DNA of 64,000 nt, taken from contig NIVC01002709.1 in NCBI GenBank assembly GCA_002269645.1, forward strand, positions 124,001 to 188,000, written 5' to 3'. The DNA comes from Macrostomum lignano. Its lineage: Eukaryota. Position 1 is the stretch's first letter. Each line of letters starts with the position of its first letter. The position numbers and the translations under genes were made by a program. Shown here one piece after another: positions 33,530-46,054 of the stretch. Under the pieces are notes generated by a model. It was not told the origin of the DNA. It saw nothing but the letters and a program-made list of their open reading frames with translations, and did not search any database.

Positions 33530-33654
33530 TTTCTGAGCAATTGCTCAGAAATTAAGTTTATGGTAGCAGTTTTATTCTTATTGACCTGAGAAATGGCTCA
33601 ATCTCAGAGTATTATCAGAGTATGAGCAATTTCTCAGTTTATTCATACAGGCCC
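33530..33654. repeat. Harbinger right subterminal region and probable TIR
   Basis: Perfect 22-bp palindrome TTTCTGAGCAATTGCTCAGAAA (33530-33551) plus two degenerate copies. The region ends TATTCATACAGGCCC. Confidence 0.6.
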
Positions 33655-33727
33655 GAGTAAATGCTTGAGTTGGAGCAGTTGCTCATTTTATTCATATGAC
33701 CTAGTGTCCGTGAATCCAGAACCAACA
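33655..33727 (+). mobile_element. Remnant 3' LTR end of the Gypsy element, followed by TSD GTTCT
   Basis: TAGTGTCCGTGAATCCAGAACCAACA matches the 5' LTR end TAGTGTCCGTGCATTCAGAACCAACA. GTTCT at 33728-33732 equals 8935-8939. Confidence 0.8.
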
Positions 33728-33900
33728 GTTCTGGGTATTCAGATAGGTCATACAAGTCCTTCCGCGTCAAAAGGTCCTGATAAAAGTCTACTGTTTCAGT
33801 GTTCAGGATCAAGCTGTCTGTGTCTGTATACAGAAGCTTTATTTTATTCCCATATTTCACCTTCATGTAGAACTTGTACATTAAACTTTTAATTGATTCG
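33728..33900 (-). mobile_element. Relic of older sister Polinton, right part (PolB motif C)
   Basis: LMYKFY...KIKLLYTDTDSLIL...DLYDLSEYPE is the upstream continuation of the fragment at 8440-8939. Confidence 0.9.
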
Positions 33901-33904
33901 TCAA

Positions 33905-34095
33905 GAATGCCACACACGGACCGCCTGCGCACTCCTCAGCTCTCAGCACAGTAGTAAACCGACTGGAAGGAATAAAATTGCTGTTGAGTTGATCTCACAT
34001 GAAATGCCTGCTTCATGCAAACAGAGTCTCACGTTGGGGTCAGGCGGCTTGGTAGAGCCGCCTGACCAGCAGATGACAGCGACTTGTCAGTAGTG
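33905..34095 (-). pseudogene. Deleted remnant of the receptor TM/3' exon (paralog B)
   Basis: Shares GTAGTAAACCGACTGGAAG...GAGTCTCACGTTGGGGTC with 36495-36600 and 55125-55230; the middle is deleted. Confidence 0.6.
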
Positions 34096-35215
34096 CACAG
34101 CCAGACTCTGGATTAGAAACCCCTCAGGCCAGCGCTGGCTGTCAGGGCTGTGCTCACTCGCTCATCTCTCTGGCAATTTAAAATCAGCCAGGTTAAAATT
34201 GCACAGAACTCACTGCCGCCCGCTGACAACTTTCTCTCTCATGAGCACACCTCTTCTGAGCACATCTCTCCTGAGCACAGCTCTCAGCCCTCATCGCACC
34301 TTCTCTTTCCCCACTGTTTCGACATGACACGACATCCCCATGACTACAATCCAACTCTCATACAGAATCTGACAGAAACCTTGGTACCCTGGATTCGCTC
34401 AAGCGATCGCTGTAGGACTTCGTGAAGACATACACTGAATCCCAAATACTAACAGAAAGGCTCTTCATCACGTAGTCTAGAGCACCTTCACACTGCTACA
34501 GAAGGCGTTAGTTAGCCAGACTTTATGTACATCATGTCCCAAATACCGCTTAGGTCACGACAGTCGTTTGCTTTTGTCGGAGGCGATGAAAGGCATCCTT
34601 TATGGCGGTTCCTTTTTCAATGACAAATTCAAACGACTCGAGCCTGACTAACTGAAGAACGAAGCCGGATTCTACACTTACTACTGTCTATATTATACTG
34701 TCTTTCATTTTCAGACTATGTTCACATCCTCATCAGTTGCTACAGTGCTGCCAGAATCTCGACTATTGACTGTTTTCGGAAACAGTCAGTCAGCTGTGCA
34801 TTTTAAGCAATCGAGAAGCTAAACTAAGAACATCAAGTCGGTCAGGAAGTCAAAGTTTTACCGAATGAGTTGCTATATACGCTCCTGATTTGTCTGTGGC
34901 GTTTCCAACTATTGAATATATGGATTGCACCGCTTGCATGCGATGAACCGCACTGGAGGTAAACAAGCCACGTTTTGCATTGCTGCAGCCTTCAGCACGC
35001 TGCTATAGATAGGTGCCAATCTTTCAAATGGGAATCGAATAGAATTTTAATCGCGGCAATTTGATAAATTTATTGCCAATATGGCATAAAATTAAAATTA
35101 ATTAAAATTGAAGCCCGGATCAGATTGTACATTCACTGTGCACGAAACAATGCAAAATGCACAGAAGTGTTCTGTCTGAATGAACTTTAATGCACCATTT
35201 GCCTCCTTCTTTGAG

Positions 35216-35749
35216 CAAGGTCTTGTTCAAAAGAGACAAGCAGGACCTCAATTCAAACGCTTTAAGAAACCTCAGCGCCTGCGGAAATTCAATTCAAACA
35301 AAGTCCCACTCCATTGAAACAGACGAAATTCAAACCAGACTGTCTGAGGCCAAAACTGTCCCCGAGTGACGGGCTTGAGCAGATTGGAAATTCAAAACAA
35401 ACAAAGTTACATTCTATTCCGACAGAGAGATAAAACACAACATATCTATGAACAAAAAAGTAAAATTTAAAACAGGAACAAATCGGTGTCCGGCGGTCAA
35501 CTTGAGCCACCTAACGATCAATAACCTGGTTCTGCCACCATGATGAACAAGAATGTAACTTTGTCTCTTTCAAATTTCAAATCCGCTCATGCGCATTACT
35601 CACGGACAGTTTTGGCCACACACAGTCTGGATTGAAGTTCGTCTGTTTCAATAGAATGTGACTTTGTTTGAATTGAATTTCCGCAAGCGCTGAGGTTTCC
35701 TAAAGTGTTAGAATTGAATTCCTGCTTGTCTCTTTTGATCAAGACCTTG
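35216..35749. mobile_element. MITE/foldback element with long imperfect TIRs
   Basis: Terminal CAAGGTCTTG(T/A)TCAAAAGAGACAAGCAGGA is inverted at both ends, with further inverted similarity inside. It is absent from the paralogous segment at ~51510-51530. Confidence 0.75.
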
Positions 35750-36039
35750 GTAAAATGGTGTAGAAACAAACTTTTATTTGAAATTCAAGAGAAAGCAAGA
35801 GAAAAACTGAGTAACCAACAGAAGATAATGCGTTTATGAAACCAGTTCGCTACACTGTGCGAGTCCTTGATTAAGTTAAAATATAAAATATATGACAAAG
35901 CAATAATACTTCTGTGAAAGAATAGCAGCTGAAAACCCCGTGTCAAAACAAGGATAATATCAATGTAACAATTAATTACACCTGTTCTAATGGGCACATG
36001 CGCAACCGACAGCTCAGCCGCAGCTATTGCGCGGCGCAT

Positions 36040-36250
36040 CAGAAGGCTGCGTACGGCTGTTCAGTCCAAGGACTGGGGGTCGCCACACACCTCATTTACC
36101 CCAGCTAATGCTGGCACCCATTTTACAGCTGGGTGAACTGAAGCATTGCAGAGTTACAAGTGTCTTGCTCAAGGACACAAATTGTTCCGAGTGGCTCCAG
36201 AATCGAACCCCTGACTTTTCAGTCGTGAGTCCGACGCTCTGACCGCTAGG
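36040..36250 (-). mobile_element. tRNA-derived SINE
   Basis: Box A-like TAGCGGTCAGAGCG, box B GGTTCGATTC, then the core GTGTCCTTGAGCAAGACACTT. A second copy lies at ~53998-54175. Confidence 0.8.
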
Positions 36251-36559
36251 CGACAACCAACTCAAAGCAAAGAGAATGTTTTAAAAAAGTGTTGCCTGCT
36301 GTACACAGCAGTTGGAAACCTCGGGAAAAAAACTCTTCGAATAACTCTGGGTTAATAAACAATAAAAAGTTGCTGTCTAATAAATAGACCAATGCAGTGA
36401 ACCGGAGGCAGCAGCAGCAGCAGCAGCCCATTACTGCTCCTAGAAGTCATCGAAGGCCACACGAACCGCTTGCCGGTCTCCTCAGCTCTCAGCATAGTAG
36501 TAAACCGACTGGAAGAAATAAAAGCTTCTGAGTTAATCTCACCTGAAACACCTGCTTAA

Positions 36560-39500
36560 TAAAAACTGAGTCTCACGTTGGGGTCGGGCGGCTTGGCAGC
36601 AGCCAGCAGCTCCACGGCCGCTCCTTGGCTGGTGACGCCAGCGGAGGCGGCGGCTGCTCGGGTCCGCTTCAGCACCGCGGCAGTCGCTGCGCCGCCCACT
36701 GCGACGGCTGCGGCCACCAAGCAGCTGATGACGACTGTCAGCAGCACACCGCTGTCAGAACTGCTTCTGCTTTTGGCGCTCGCTGAAGAACAAAATGTAC
36801 TTTGTGAGCAGTGATCGAACCCTGTGAGCATTCTCACACAAACCAAAACTTGAATGCTCACGGAACACGGCTCGAACAGTCCTCGAGCTCTTCACCGGTG
36901 AGAACACAGCGCCGAGACCGGGCCAGCTCTGGCTGATCAGACACGTCACAGTGACCTCATCCTGTCGCTCAAAGAACTGGTGAGTCAGTCGAGCTCTCCG
37001 AATCCAGCCTCCGTGGCTGCCTCTGAGATCGGGCTCAGGAGTGAGCTGCTCAGTAACATCGAAGGTCAAGTAGAGGGCCGTGAGTTATGACATTGAGAAT
37101 GCATGTACAGCAATGATGGACAGCAGCTTTGGTAGCAGCAAACATGAACTCACTGTGAGTCCTTCAATGCTGACTGTGTCGGACTTGATGGAGCAGTGCA
37201 GCTCGGGCCTCGGGTTTCCCTCCTGTGTCTGTCCCAGCAGACTCAGCTCAGAGCCGTTCAGCAGCTGGCCAGTCCAACCGATGCTGTTCGAAGGAACTGC
37301 AAGACAGTGCAATGACAGTTTTGCCTTCCATTTTGGTAAGTTACGTCGGGCTTGAACCTGTAGCTAGTGCATGCTTTCTGCTAGAATTTCGAGAGGTTCC
37401 TTCCTACTCACAGAACACAGTAATGTTTTGTACGAAATGTTACTCATTATCTCGCTTATCTATCACGTCTCCGCACATCACGGAGCGTCCGTTAATTCGC
37501 AAACAGCGTAGCGGGTCAGGGTTCCCGATACCATAATCTTTGGTCCTATTCAAGTACAAGCTAACAACAGGCACCATTGCCACAGCATCAATTAAAGGCT
37601 TAAAATTCAAAACGGGAATAAATCATTGTGTTCAGAGCTCGGTGCAGGTCTCAGTCATTGGTTCCATGAGTTGAATGCTCAATAAGGATAAGGATAAAGA
37701 TTCGTTTTTTACCCATCGCGAAAAGGTATATCATTGATGCATAATTCATTTCTGTCGACTGACAGTCTATGCCTCTAAACAGATTAAATAATAAATCAAC
37801 AATGAAATGGAACAAAGTGTAATTCACAAGTACGTTTCAATTGACACACCTGCAACAGGGCTCAGCAGGTAATTACTTACTTATTGTAACAAGTATGAAG
37901 CTGAAAACTCACAATAGACAGTAACGTTCTGTGTGAATCTGCCATCCACATCTTCGAGGCCATGCTGAGAGACCCTGCACTCCAAGGAGCCTCCGTTCAT
38001 CTGCCTTGTGGAACTCCAGCTGAACTCAGATTCCACCAGCGTCTCAACGCCTAGATTTTGAGCCTCGGGGGTGTTTTGGGCCCTGGTCATGCTGGTGCTG
38101 AGACCCTCGGCTGTCCGCAGCCAGCACCGGTGACTGGGCTCAGGGTTGCCACCAACTGACCGAACTGAGACTGACACGGGCTCGCCCTCCTTCATCACCA
38201 GAGGCTGAGTTGCATTCCATGAGCTGCTTGACGCGTCTGTTTTCGTGCAGGTGCGAGCATGGATGGCTAATTGTCTCAGCAATCTGAGTTGCTAATAGAT
38301 CAGAGATGCTGAACTGCAATCCACTCACATGACACATCGAGTTGCTCACTGCTGACATTCTGATTGAATACAAGTGTGCCGTCTGTACGAGTCTGAGCGA
38401 CCTGGCAGATGACTCTCATCTGGTTGTGGCTGGCCGATGCATTGAGTCGCCACACTGATGAAGCATTTGACTCAGATGGCAGCTGGAGTCAACAGAGTCA
38501 GTAATTTATAAATTTATGCATAATTTTTGCATTGACAATTCACAGTGAGTAACTCACTCTGAGCTGTTTCAGATTGGCTCCACCGATTGAGCAGAAGTGC
38601 TGAGCAGGCGGATTTCCTGTTTCCAGAGTCTGCAGGGTGACTTGAGCTTCTCTTCCACTGCGGATTCGTCCAGGAGGCAGCTTGATTGACAGGCCGGAGC
38701 TGCGGTCTGAAATGCAGTTCGGTATGGCAGTCAGGTGAGCTGCATTGGATCTAACTGGTGAACTGGTTCCGCATTGGATCTAACTGGTGAACTGGTTCCG
38801 CATTGGATCTAACTGGTGAACTGGTTCCGCATTGGATCTAACTGGTGAACTGGTTCCGCATTGGATCTAACTGGTGAGCTGGTTCCGCATTGGATCTAAC
38901 TGGTGAACTGGTTCCGCATTGGATCCAACTGGTGAGCTGGTTCCGCATTGGATCTAACTGGTGAACTGGAGAACATGCATCCAAGAACAAACAGAAGTAC
39001 ATGGACACTTACACAGAACTGCAGGCAGCTCGCGACGAGCCGTTACATCGAACAGTCCTGACTGGTTCACCCGACACAAAATTGATGCTGAGCTTCCCCA
39101 GCTCCTGCTCACAGTCACTGAGAATGTGCTGCTTGAGTTCGTGCTCTGAAAAGAGTCAGTTTTCACAGCTAAATTTCAGATCATTGTTGCCATGCACCCA
39201 ATACACAGGTGCAACCATGGGCCAGTGTGAGACTCACTGACAGCAGCTGAAGCGCTGTGTTTCCATTTCGCTGTGACTGCACAGAGCAGCTGTGGCTGAT
39301 TGGCATCCAGTAGCAACCCGGTGTGTCAGCTGTCAGATTGACGGCTGCTCCGTCTGTCCAGCTGGTGTTTGCGGGGAGCAGAAAGTGAGTGGTGCAGGGC
39401 TCTGGAAGGGTTTGAGTAGTGAGTGGTGCAGGGCTCTGGAAGAGTTTGAGTAGTGAGTGGTGCAGGGCTCCGGAAGGGTTTTAGTAGTAAGTGGTACAGG

Positions 39501-40700
39501 GCTCTGGAAGAGTTTGAGTAGTGAGTGGTGCAGGGCTCTGGAAGGGTTTGAGTAGTGAGTGGTGCAGGGCTGTAAGCCTGGGTTTGTAAGCCTGACTCAC
39601 TGGCTGACTACACACCCAGTGTGTGCGAAGTGCCAATCGCAGTCCCACCGTTGCAGCTGTGTCGGCACTTTAAAGCCGCCCCGTGCATTTCCATTTGCAC
39701 TGTAAAAGTTCTCAGAATCAGAGAGCTGGCCATGACCTCCCTCTGCAATGCGAACGCCCACCGGTGCTGTTAATTCCCATATCTGGTGCAAGCTCAAGTA
39801 TTTATCTCAATCGAACTCTTACCGAACTCAACTCCAAGAGGTCACTGCCTTTCCGCATTCTGATGCTGCAGTTTGATGCAGCAGGTGCTCTGCAGTTTCC
39901 TGGCAGCCGAGCTCGAATCATCACTTTCTCATTGAGCTTGAGCTGAGACAAGTCTTCCACAAAGCATCCCCTGGGTTGTTCTTTACAGAAGTCAGCTGGA
40001 GAGCAGCCAGAGCTGCTGTCTCTGTTACGCTGAAAGCAGTCACTTTTCTCAATTTCAAGCAGCACAAAGTTCATCATCTTGTCAGTCTGATTGGCCACGA
40101 ACTTCCTCAGCAGCACATACTGCGCCATCTGCAATGCGATGCTGCAACACTGCGAATTCCAATATTGAAAGAGTTGCAGCAACTGGGTGACAAACCTTGC
40201 CATCGGCCTCAGCTGAGCAGGTCACTTCATGCACCAAGTGCGACCTGAGTGAACTGCTGCTGTCATTTCTGGTGAAGCCGCAGTGTTGTGATCCGGACAG
40301 ACTGTGACTGAAAGCGGCTGCAGTGCAGTTGGGTGCATCCTCATCCAGACCGGCTGGCTTCTCCTCACTGAGCAGCACTTCGATGCCCAGGGCTCTGTGG
40401 CTGGCTGAGAAAAGTTTAGTGAGCAAAATCTGATTTCAAAATATCGTTCAGATTGATACTGAAATATGCGTAGGACTCACCCTCCTGTCTCCCATAGACA
40501 GTGATGGAGCGCACTGGGACACTTCGGGTCAGCTTCAGCAGCAGCCACTGGTAGCCGGAGGGGTCCGGAGTGTCGCTGGTAAGAAAATAGGCCCATTGCC
40601 CCGGCTTGTCCATTGATCTGATGAAGCAATCGCAGAATGCGTGATTGAAGACAGACGATTGCCAGGCATTGGCGATCTCAGCTCTGGAGACCTTGATGGC
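36560..40700 (-). CDS. Multi-exon host gene, copy C: F-type-lectin-like domain + several Ig-like domains + TM + short tail
   Basis: Exons with QSSVFNH...YQWLLLKLTRSVPVRSITVYGR / RALGIEV...TLSILEFAVL (FTP-like). Ig-like segments TFTVQMEMHGAALKCRH, STRQMNGGSLECRV and VTVTCLI. TM VLLTVVISCLVAAAVAVGGAATAAVL-KRTR. GT-AG boundaries seen. TAG at 39608-39610 where the paralog has CAG. Exon model is partial. Confidence 0.75.
38742..38968. repeat. 29-bp intronic VNTR (GCATTGGATCTAACTGGTGAACTGGTTCC)
   Basis: About 7.5 contiguous copies here and about 9 in the paralog (57274-57530). Confidence 0.95.
39385..39570. repeat. 34-bp intronic VNTR (GAGTGGTGCAGGGCTCTGGAAGGGTTTGAGTAGT)
   Basis: 5+ copies here and 4+ in the paralog (57947-58100). 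Confidence 0.95.
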
Positions 40701-41698
40701 ACAGCCTATGGATGTGGAGGTTCAACAACTTCGAAATATGACCTGTTATGAGACCATTTTGCGTTGTTTACGCTTTTGTCACAGTCAGCCAATTAGATAG
40801 AACTGCACGTAAGTCAACTACAACTCCATGGACATTTGCTCCATGGACAGCTAAAGCAGAAGAAAGTTTTCAGTGTTTTTTTAACTTCTGAACTTCTGGA
40901 TTCAAAATATAGCAAGTATGCCTTGTGTCCGAGGTACGCTCACCAGTTTACCAGTACGATTTCACTGGAACTGCTACCGGAGACCGGCAGATAAACACAC
41001 AGTTTCAGTGAACGAAATCTCAGCTGTTTCTGGTTGTAGTGTGCAAATTCTCCCCACAGAATTTCCCAATGGCGAAACCTCATCCAGAGCTTAGTTCTCA
41101 AAAACTGAAAACTTTCAATCCCACTAATCAGCATCAGCAAAAATAATTGAATTCTTTAAGGAGAAACAGTCGTAGTCACTTACTGTTACTTATACAGTAC
41201 GAAATGATTGCAAGGCACAGAAGTTCCTTCATGTGGACAGTCATATCGCAGAGCTGTACTTTGTAAAATAACAATTTTACATATAAGCTGCTGCTAGCAA
41301 CAGCTGTGGTATCGCTGGGCCTCCCAACCTTAGTCGAGCCGATGTTTATAGGAAAGCGGCAGGGCTGCGTGTGGAGGCGGAAATGCAGCCGCAGCCCATA
41401 GGCTGGAAGAAGATTGGCTGGCTCTGGCTGGCTGCAAAACAGGCAAGCGAGGTGCGAGATTGGAGGCCAATGAGGCTGGCGAAGATGGCGGAATCAGCAG
41501 CTTCTCTCAGCAGTGAGGGGCTTGAAGAAATGTGAGTACAGAAGATCCTCATTCATTTTCTGCCTGCCTGGGGGGTCTTTCTCAAAAGCAACTTATGATC
41601 GGCCATAGACGTAAGTTGGGGAGGAAGTGCCTGTGCTATAGAATCAAGAGTAATTTTAAGAGCTAGGAGGCTCCTTTAAGGAGACCATTTTAGGAGAC

Positions 41699-41893
41699 CA
41701 GTGGCGGATCCTGGGGGGGGGGGGCAAGGGGACCATGGCCCCCCCTCAGCTGCCTCGAAAAAAATTCTGCTCTTGGCCTTTGGCCCCCTTCTACCAGTAA
41801 GTAAAGAAAGGGCTTGGGCCTTGGGGTGGGTTCCTACTCGGGGCAGTATGAAAAAAGTTGGCCCCCCTCAATAAATTCCTGGATCCGCGCCTG
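41699..41893. mobile_element. hAT-type MITE (195 bp)
   Basis: TIR CAGTGGCGGATCC / GGATCCGCGCCTG with an 8-bp TSD TAGGAGAC on both sides. Confidence 0.9.
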
Positions 41894-42369
41894 TAGGAGA
41901 CCTCATAAAGGTTTCTGCAAGTGCTAAAGAATAAGGATTGAGGAGTTGGAGCTACTGTGGGTGCTGGGTGTTGCCGTTTCGGAGTGAATTTTAGGAGTGC
42001 GTGTCCTATAGAAGGAGCGAATTTCATTTCTAGCTCCTAACTCCGATAGTTAAGATTTCAAGGGCCAAATTGTACTCTTAGGTTAGTAGGAGTGTCTTTT
42101 TGTCATGTTTCGGACAGTGACCTGGGCTCTGACGATAAAGAAGCCAACGTTTGGCGACCCAGGCAATTCAGGCAAAGGATAAACTCTTCGAAGAATTTCG
42201 TACTGCATCTCGATTTCGGCTCAATAAGAGTCAACGCCAATTTCAACAAACATGTTGCATCTTAAAGCATCACGAATCAGCTTAGATTCCGACATGTACT
42301 ATTTTCTGTGAGCTGTTTTGCTGAGCACAATATTTACCACTTTTATGGTCTCTAATAGCACTCTAAGTA

Positions 42370-42910
42370 CGGCGTGGTGGTCGAGCTAATGAAAAACAAC
42401 GACTTTCTAGTCAAGCTGACCAGCGGCCGGGTTCTTCGGAGAAACCGAAAGTTCCTACGGAGAAGGTTTCCAGCACATGCGGCGGAAGCTCGCTACCAGC
42501 CCAATACTGGCCCTGCGGACTCGCAAGGTACGAATGGAGCCAGAGGGCCGGAAGGACGATCAAGACCGTGGCATACGAGAAACCGTCGGCCACCCAACAG
42601 GCTTCAGATTGACCCCCGCAAAAGTTCGTACGACTGACTGACAAGAAGTCACATTGTAACTGAAGGGGGAGGTGTTGTGTATGAGTGTGCATATGCATGT
42701 GTGTGACACTGAAGCTTGGGCTATACTCGTATGAATATTACTGTCTATGGTATAAATACACGTGACGGCCTAGAGAGACGGCCATGCCCTCTGAGCTTTA
42801 GTTTCATCAGACCGCGCGCTATAGAAGATATAACCCTCTCGGCTTCGCGATATATAACACCTTCACCCTTCTTATACAATATTTCTTATACCAGAGTTAG
42901 TTGTTTATCA
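42370..42910 (+). mobile_element. 3' relic of an LTR retrotransposon (integrase tail, PPT, LTR start)
   Basis: SGRVLRRNRKFLR, PPT GAAGGGGGAGG then TG at 42673. The LTR end is uncertain. Confidence 0.7.
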
Positions 42911-43589
42911 AATGGGAGCAATTAACTAACGATAGCAGTTAAACCATTTACTATTGACTTGGTCTATCAACTAATTAAATGCGCAGGCTTGTAGTCTAAA
43001 ATGGTTTTATTGCTTTACACGCTCGTAGCTCACGAGAGCCGCTTTTCACAGGGCAATAAAAGCTTGTTGTTGTTGCATACTCCTTAAAAGTGCATATATT
43101 TAGGAGGAGTTTAATATAGCACGCAGATTGGCCAGACTTCTTAGCCAATCACGCATCGGCAATTCTAGGATTGCAATCTGTGAAACTTACTCAGGCAGAA
43201 TAAAACAAAACAAAACCAATTCAGACAATCTTCAAAACTCCTAAAACAAAAAAATTTTCAGCTTCAGTAATACTTTATTTTTGCAACGCTTTATTCGCAT
43301 TTCTGATTAACGGAGTAATAAAACAATCAGATAAGAGTTATCAATCAGTCAGTCAATCAGTCACTGGAACACACGCAAGTCAGAGAGGCAAGCAAAGCTA
43401 CTCAATCAGTGATTATCAAACGCCATTGGCAGGAGTCGGACTCCCCATCGGTTCTGCTGTGGAGCTCAAATGACAAAATAAAAAGTTAAAACAAGGAAAA
43501 GCGAGGCGATCGACAGAAATATTCGGCGAAATGTTTCAGCCAGCAGTCCGAAAAAGGGGATCAGGCCGCAGGGAGGATGATAAACAGTT

Positions 43590-43800
43590 TATAGCAGTGC
43601 AGGTGCGCTTAACCGATTGGTGCAGCTGCACCAGAGCAGTGCAGTGCCCGGTGCGAGGGTGCAAATCCTGCGGCTCTGATCCCCTTTCCTCAGGGCAGTG
43701 CTGAACGGCCATGCAAAAAGAGCGAAAAGTACACAAACCGTCAAGTAAAAGTGCAAGCGGTAAAATAAATCTATATTTCGATACATATCGGTAGGTTGCA
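43590..43800 (-). CDS. Candidate first exon (signal-peptide-like) of the receptor gene
   Basis: MYRNIDLFYRLHFYLTVCVLFALFAWPFSTA is on the same strand upstream of the lectin exons. Linkage is not demonstrated. Confidence 0.35.
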
Positions 43801-43842
43801 TTCGCTGAAACTCTTGAAACTCAGTCAAGAGATAAGAGATAC

Positions 43843-44355
<513 letters not shown>

Positions 44356-44889
44356 ATTTTAGTGTTTACTAAATAACACATTAAACCATTTACATTTCCA
44401 GTTAAACAAAAGGTCTTCAGAACTTGGGCTCCAACAACCAAAGAGGAAATCCAAATAAATCAATATCTCAAAGCTCAATTCCATTGCCAACACTCACAGA
44501 GAAGTGCTAGAAGAAGTGGCTCATCAGAATCAAAGACTCCGGAATGCTTGCAGTGTGTGAAGAGAGACGGATATGCATAGAAACAGCAGAGGTGCATTAA
44601 TCAGTTCTGATTGTTAGTGCTGGATTTCAGTAAAAAAGAACATAAGCTAAAAACTGTACCAGTTAAAATGATGAATAACAAGCATCGAATTTATGGCATT
44701 TTTATGTACAGGAAACCAAAATTAAATGAAATTTGGAAGTGAATCATGTTGCACATACAACAAATAATGTACTCATTTAGTATGACTGCCTGTTAAATTA
44801 GAATGGATTGCTAATCTACAATAGCATACAGTAAGACTAGCAATCCGATTATAGATAAAATTTGTGGCATAAAAATCGGCATACAGCTT

Positions 44890-45950
44890 CAGTGAGCATT
44901 CTGTTGACTTCGCGGACACAGCGGTCGCCAGGTCATTAATATACACCAGTCAGAGGGTGGGGGCGAGAACGCTACCCTGTGTTAGGCCCTCGTGGAAGAT
45001 GCGCTCCTTGCTAATGCTAATGCTAATTGCTAATGCTAATGCTAATGCTAATGCTAATGCTAATGCTAATGCTAATGCTAATGCTAATGCTAATGCTAAT
45101 GCTAATGCTTGCTAATGCAGTTGTTCACGCGCACTCTGGCTCGGCGATCCGTCAGAAAAGTGCGGATCCTGCGGATGACGTCTCTTTGGACGCCGAGTTC
45201 CCGCAGTTTCTTTTACAGTGCCGCGCGCCAGACTCTATCGTAGGCGCGGCTGAAGTCGAAAAGACAAAGAATGGACCGGAGATGCGGGGTAGACTCCAAT
45301 TTGTCGAAAATTTCCTGACAGGTGCTCGCAATCAATTCCTCCGTAGAGCGGCCCTTGCCTGAGGTTTCGAGGGCATGGCGGAGACGCTGGAGGACCAGCC
45401 GCTTTGCCAGTTTGGCTATACAACTCGTGAGGGCGACTGGGCGGTAGGAGTCAGGCTTGCTGGCGTCCTTTCCCTTTTTTGGAACGGAATGATGATGGCT
45501 CATTTCCATTGCCAAGGACATTCCCCCTTCTGCCAAGAGCGGTTAGTGATGGACAGGGTCCTGTCATCCGTGGAGGGTGGGGGTGCTTTAGCATTTCATT
45601 GGTGACGCCATCCTGCCCGGGGGCCTTGCAGACTTGCGGATGGCATTACAGTGCTCCGGGTTGCTGAAGGGCGAGCAGATACCACTTCGAGCTCCGTGCC
45701 CGTCACAGCAGTGTTCTTTAAGCACCTCGTTGGCTGGTCGGGTCACTGGGCGGTCCCTAGGGCTGGTTGCGACCCTGGAGACGGCGCTGTAGATCTGACA
45801 GAAAAGATTCGCCTTCTCTAGATCGGTACTCGCTGGTCTGCTGGGTGCGACGGGTCCCATTTGGGGGGGGGGGACTCGCTGCTCGGGTTGCTTGGGCCTT
45901 CTCCCCGCATTTGCTACTGAATGGCTAGAAGCAGCAAATGTAGGCATTTT
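44890..45950 (-). mobile_element. Degenerate non-LTR retrotransposon RT fragment interrupted by (GCTAAT)n
   Basis: SYRPVALTSCIAKL, LFDFSRAYDRVW, GLTQGSVLAPTL...VYINDL. Hexamer array at ~45008-45118. Confidence 0.85.
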
Positions 45951-46054
45951 TTATTGAATTTTTAAATCACTGAATCGGAAAGAGCAACTATTTGGGAAGC
46001 GGAAATCATTCACTGTTTTTGTCTTTGCTTTTATCTCTGTGTTGGCTGGCGGGC

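Noticed and set aside
36170-36250. Possible tRNA gene
   Set aside because: Box A/B are present but run into a SINE core, a diverged second copy exists, and no full acceptor stem is evident.
38742-38968. 29-bp and 34-bp repeats of CRISPR-like length
   Set aside because: Units are contiguous with no unique spacers, there are no cas genes, and the context is a eukaryotic intron.
40715-40735. In-frame TGA in both lectin exons suggesting selenocysteine or readthrough
   Set aside because: A good splice acceptor (CCATAG / CCACAG) lies downstream, so the TGA is intronic.
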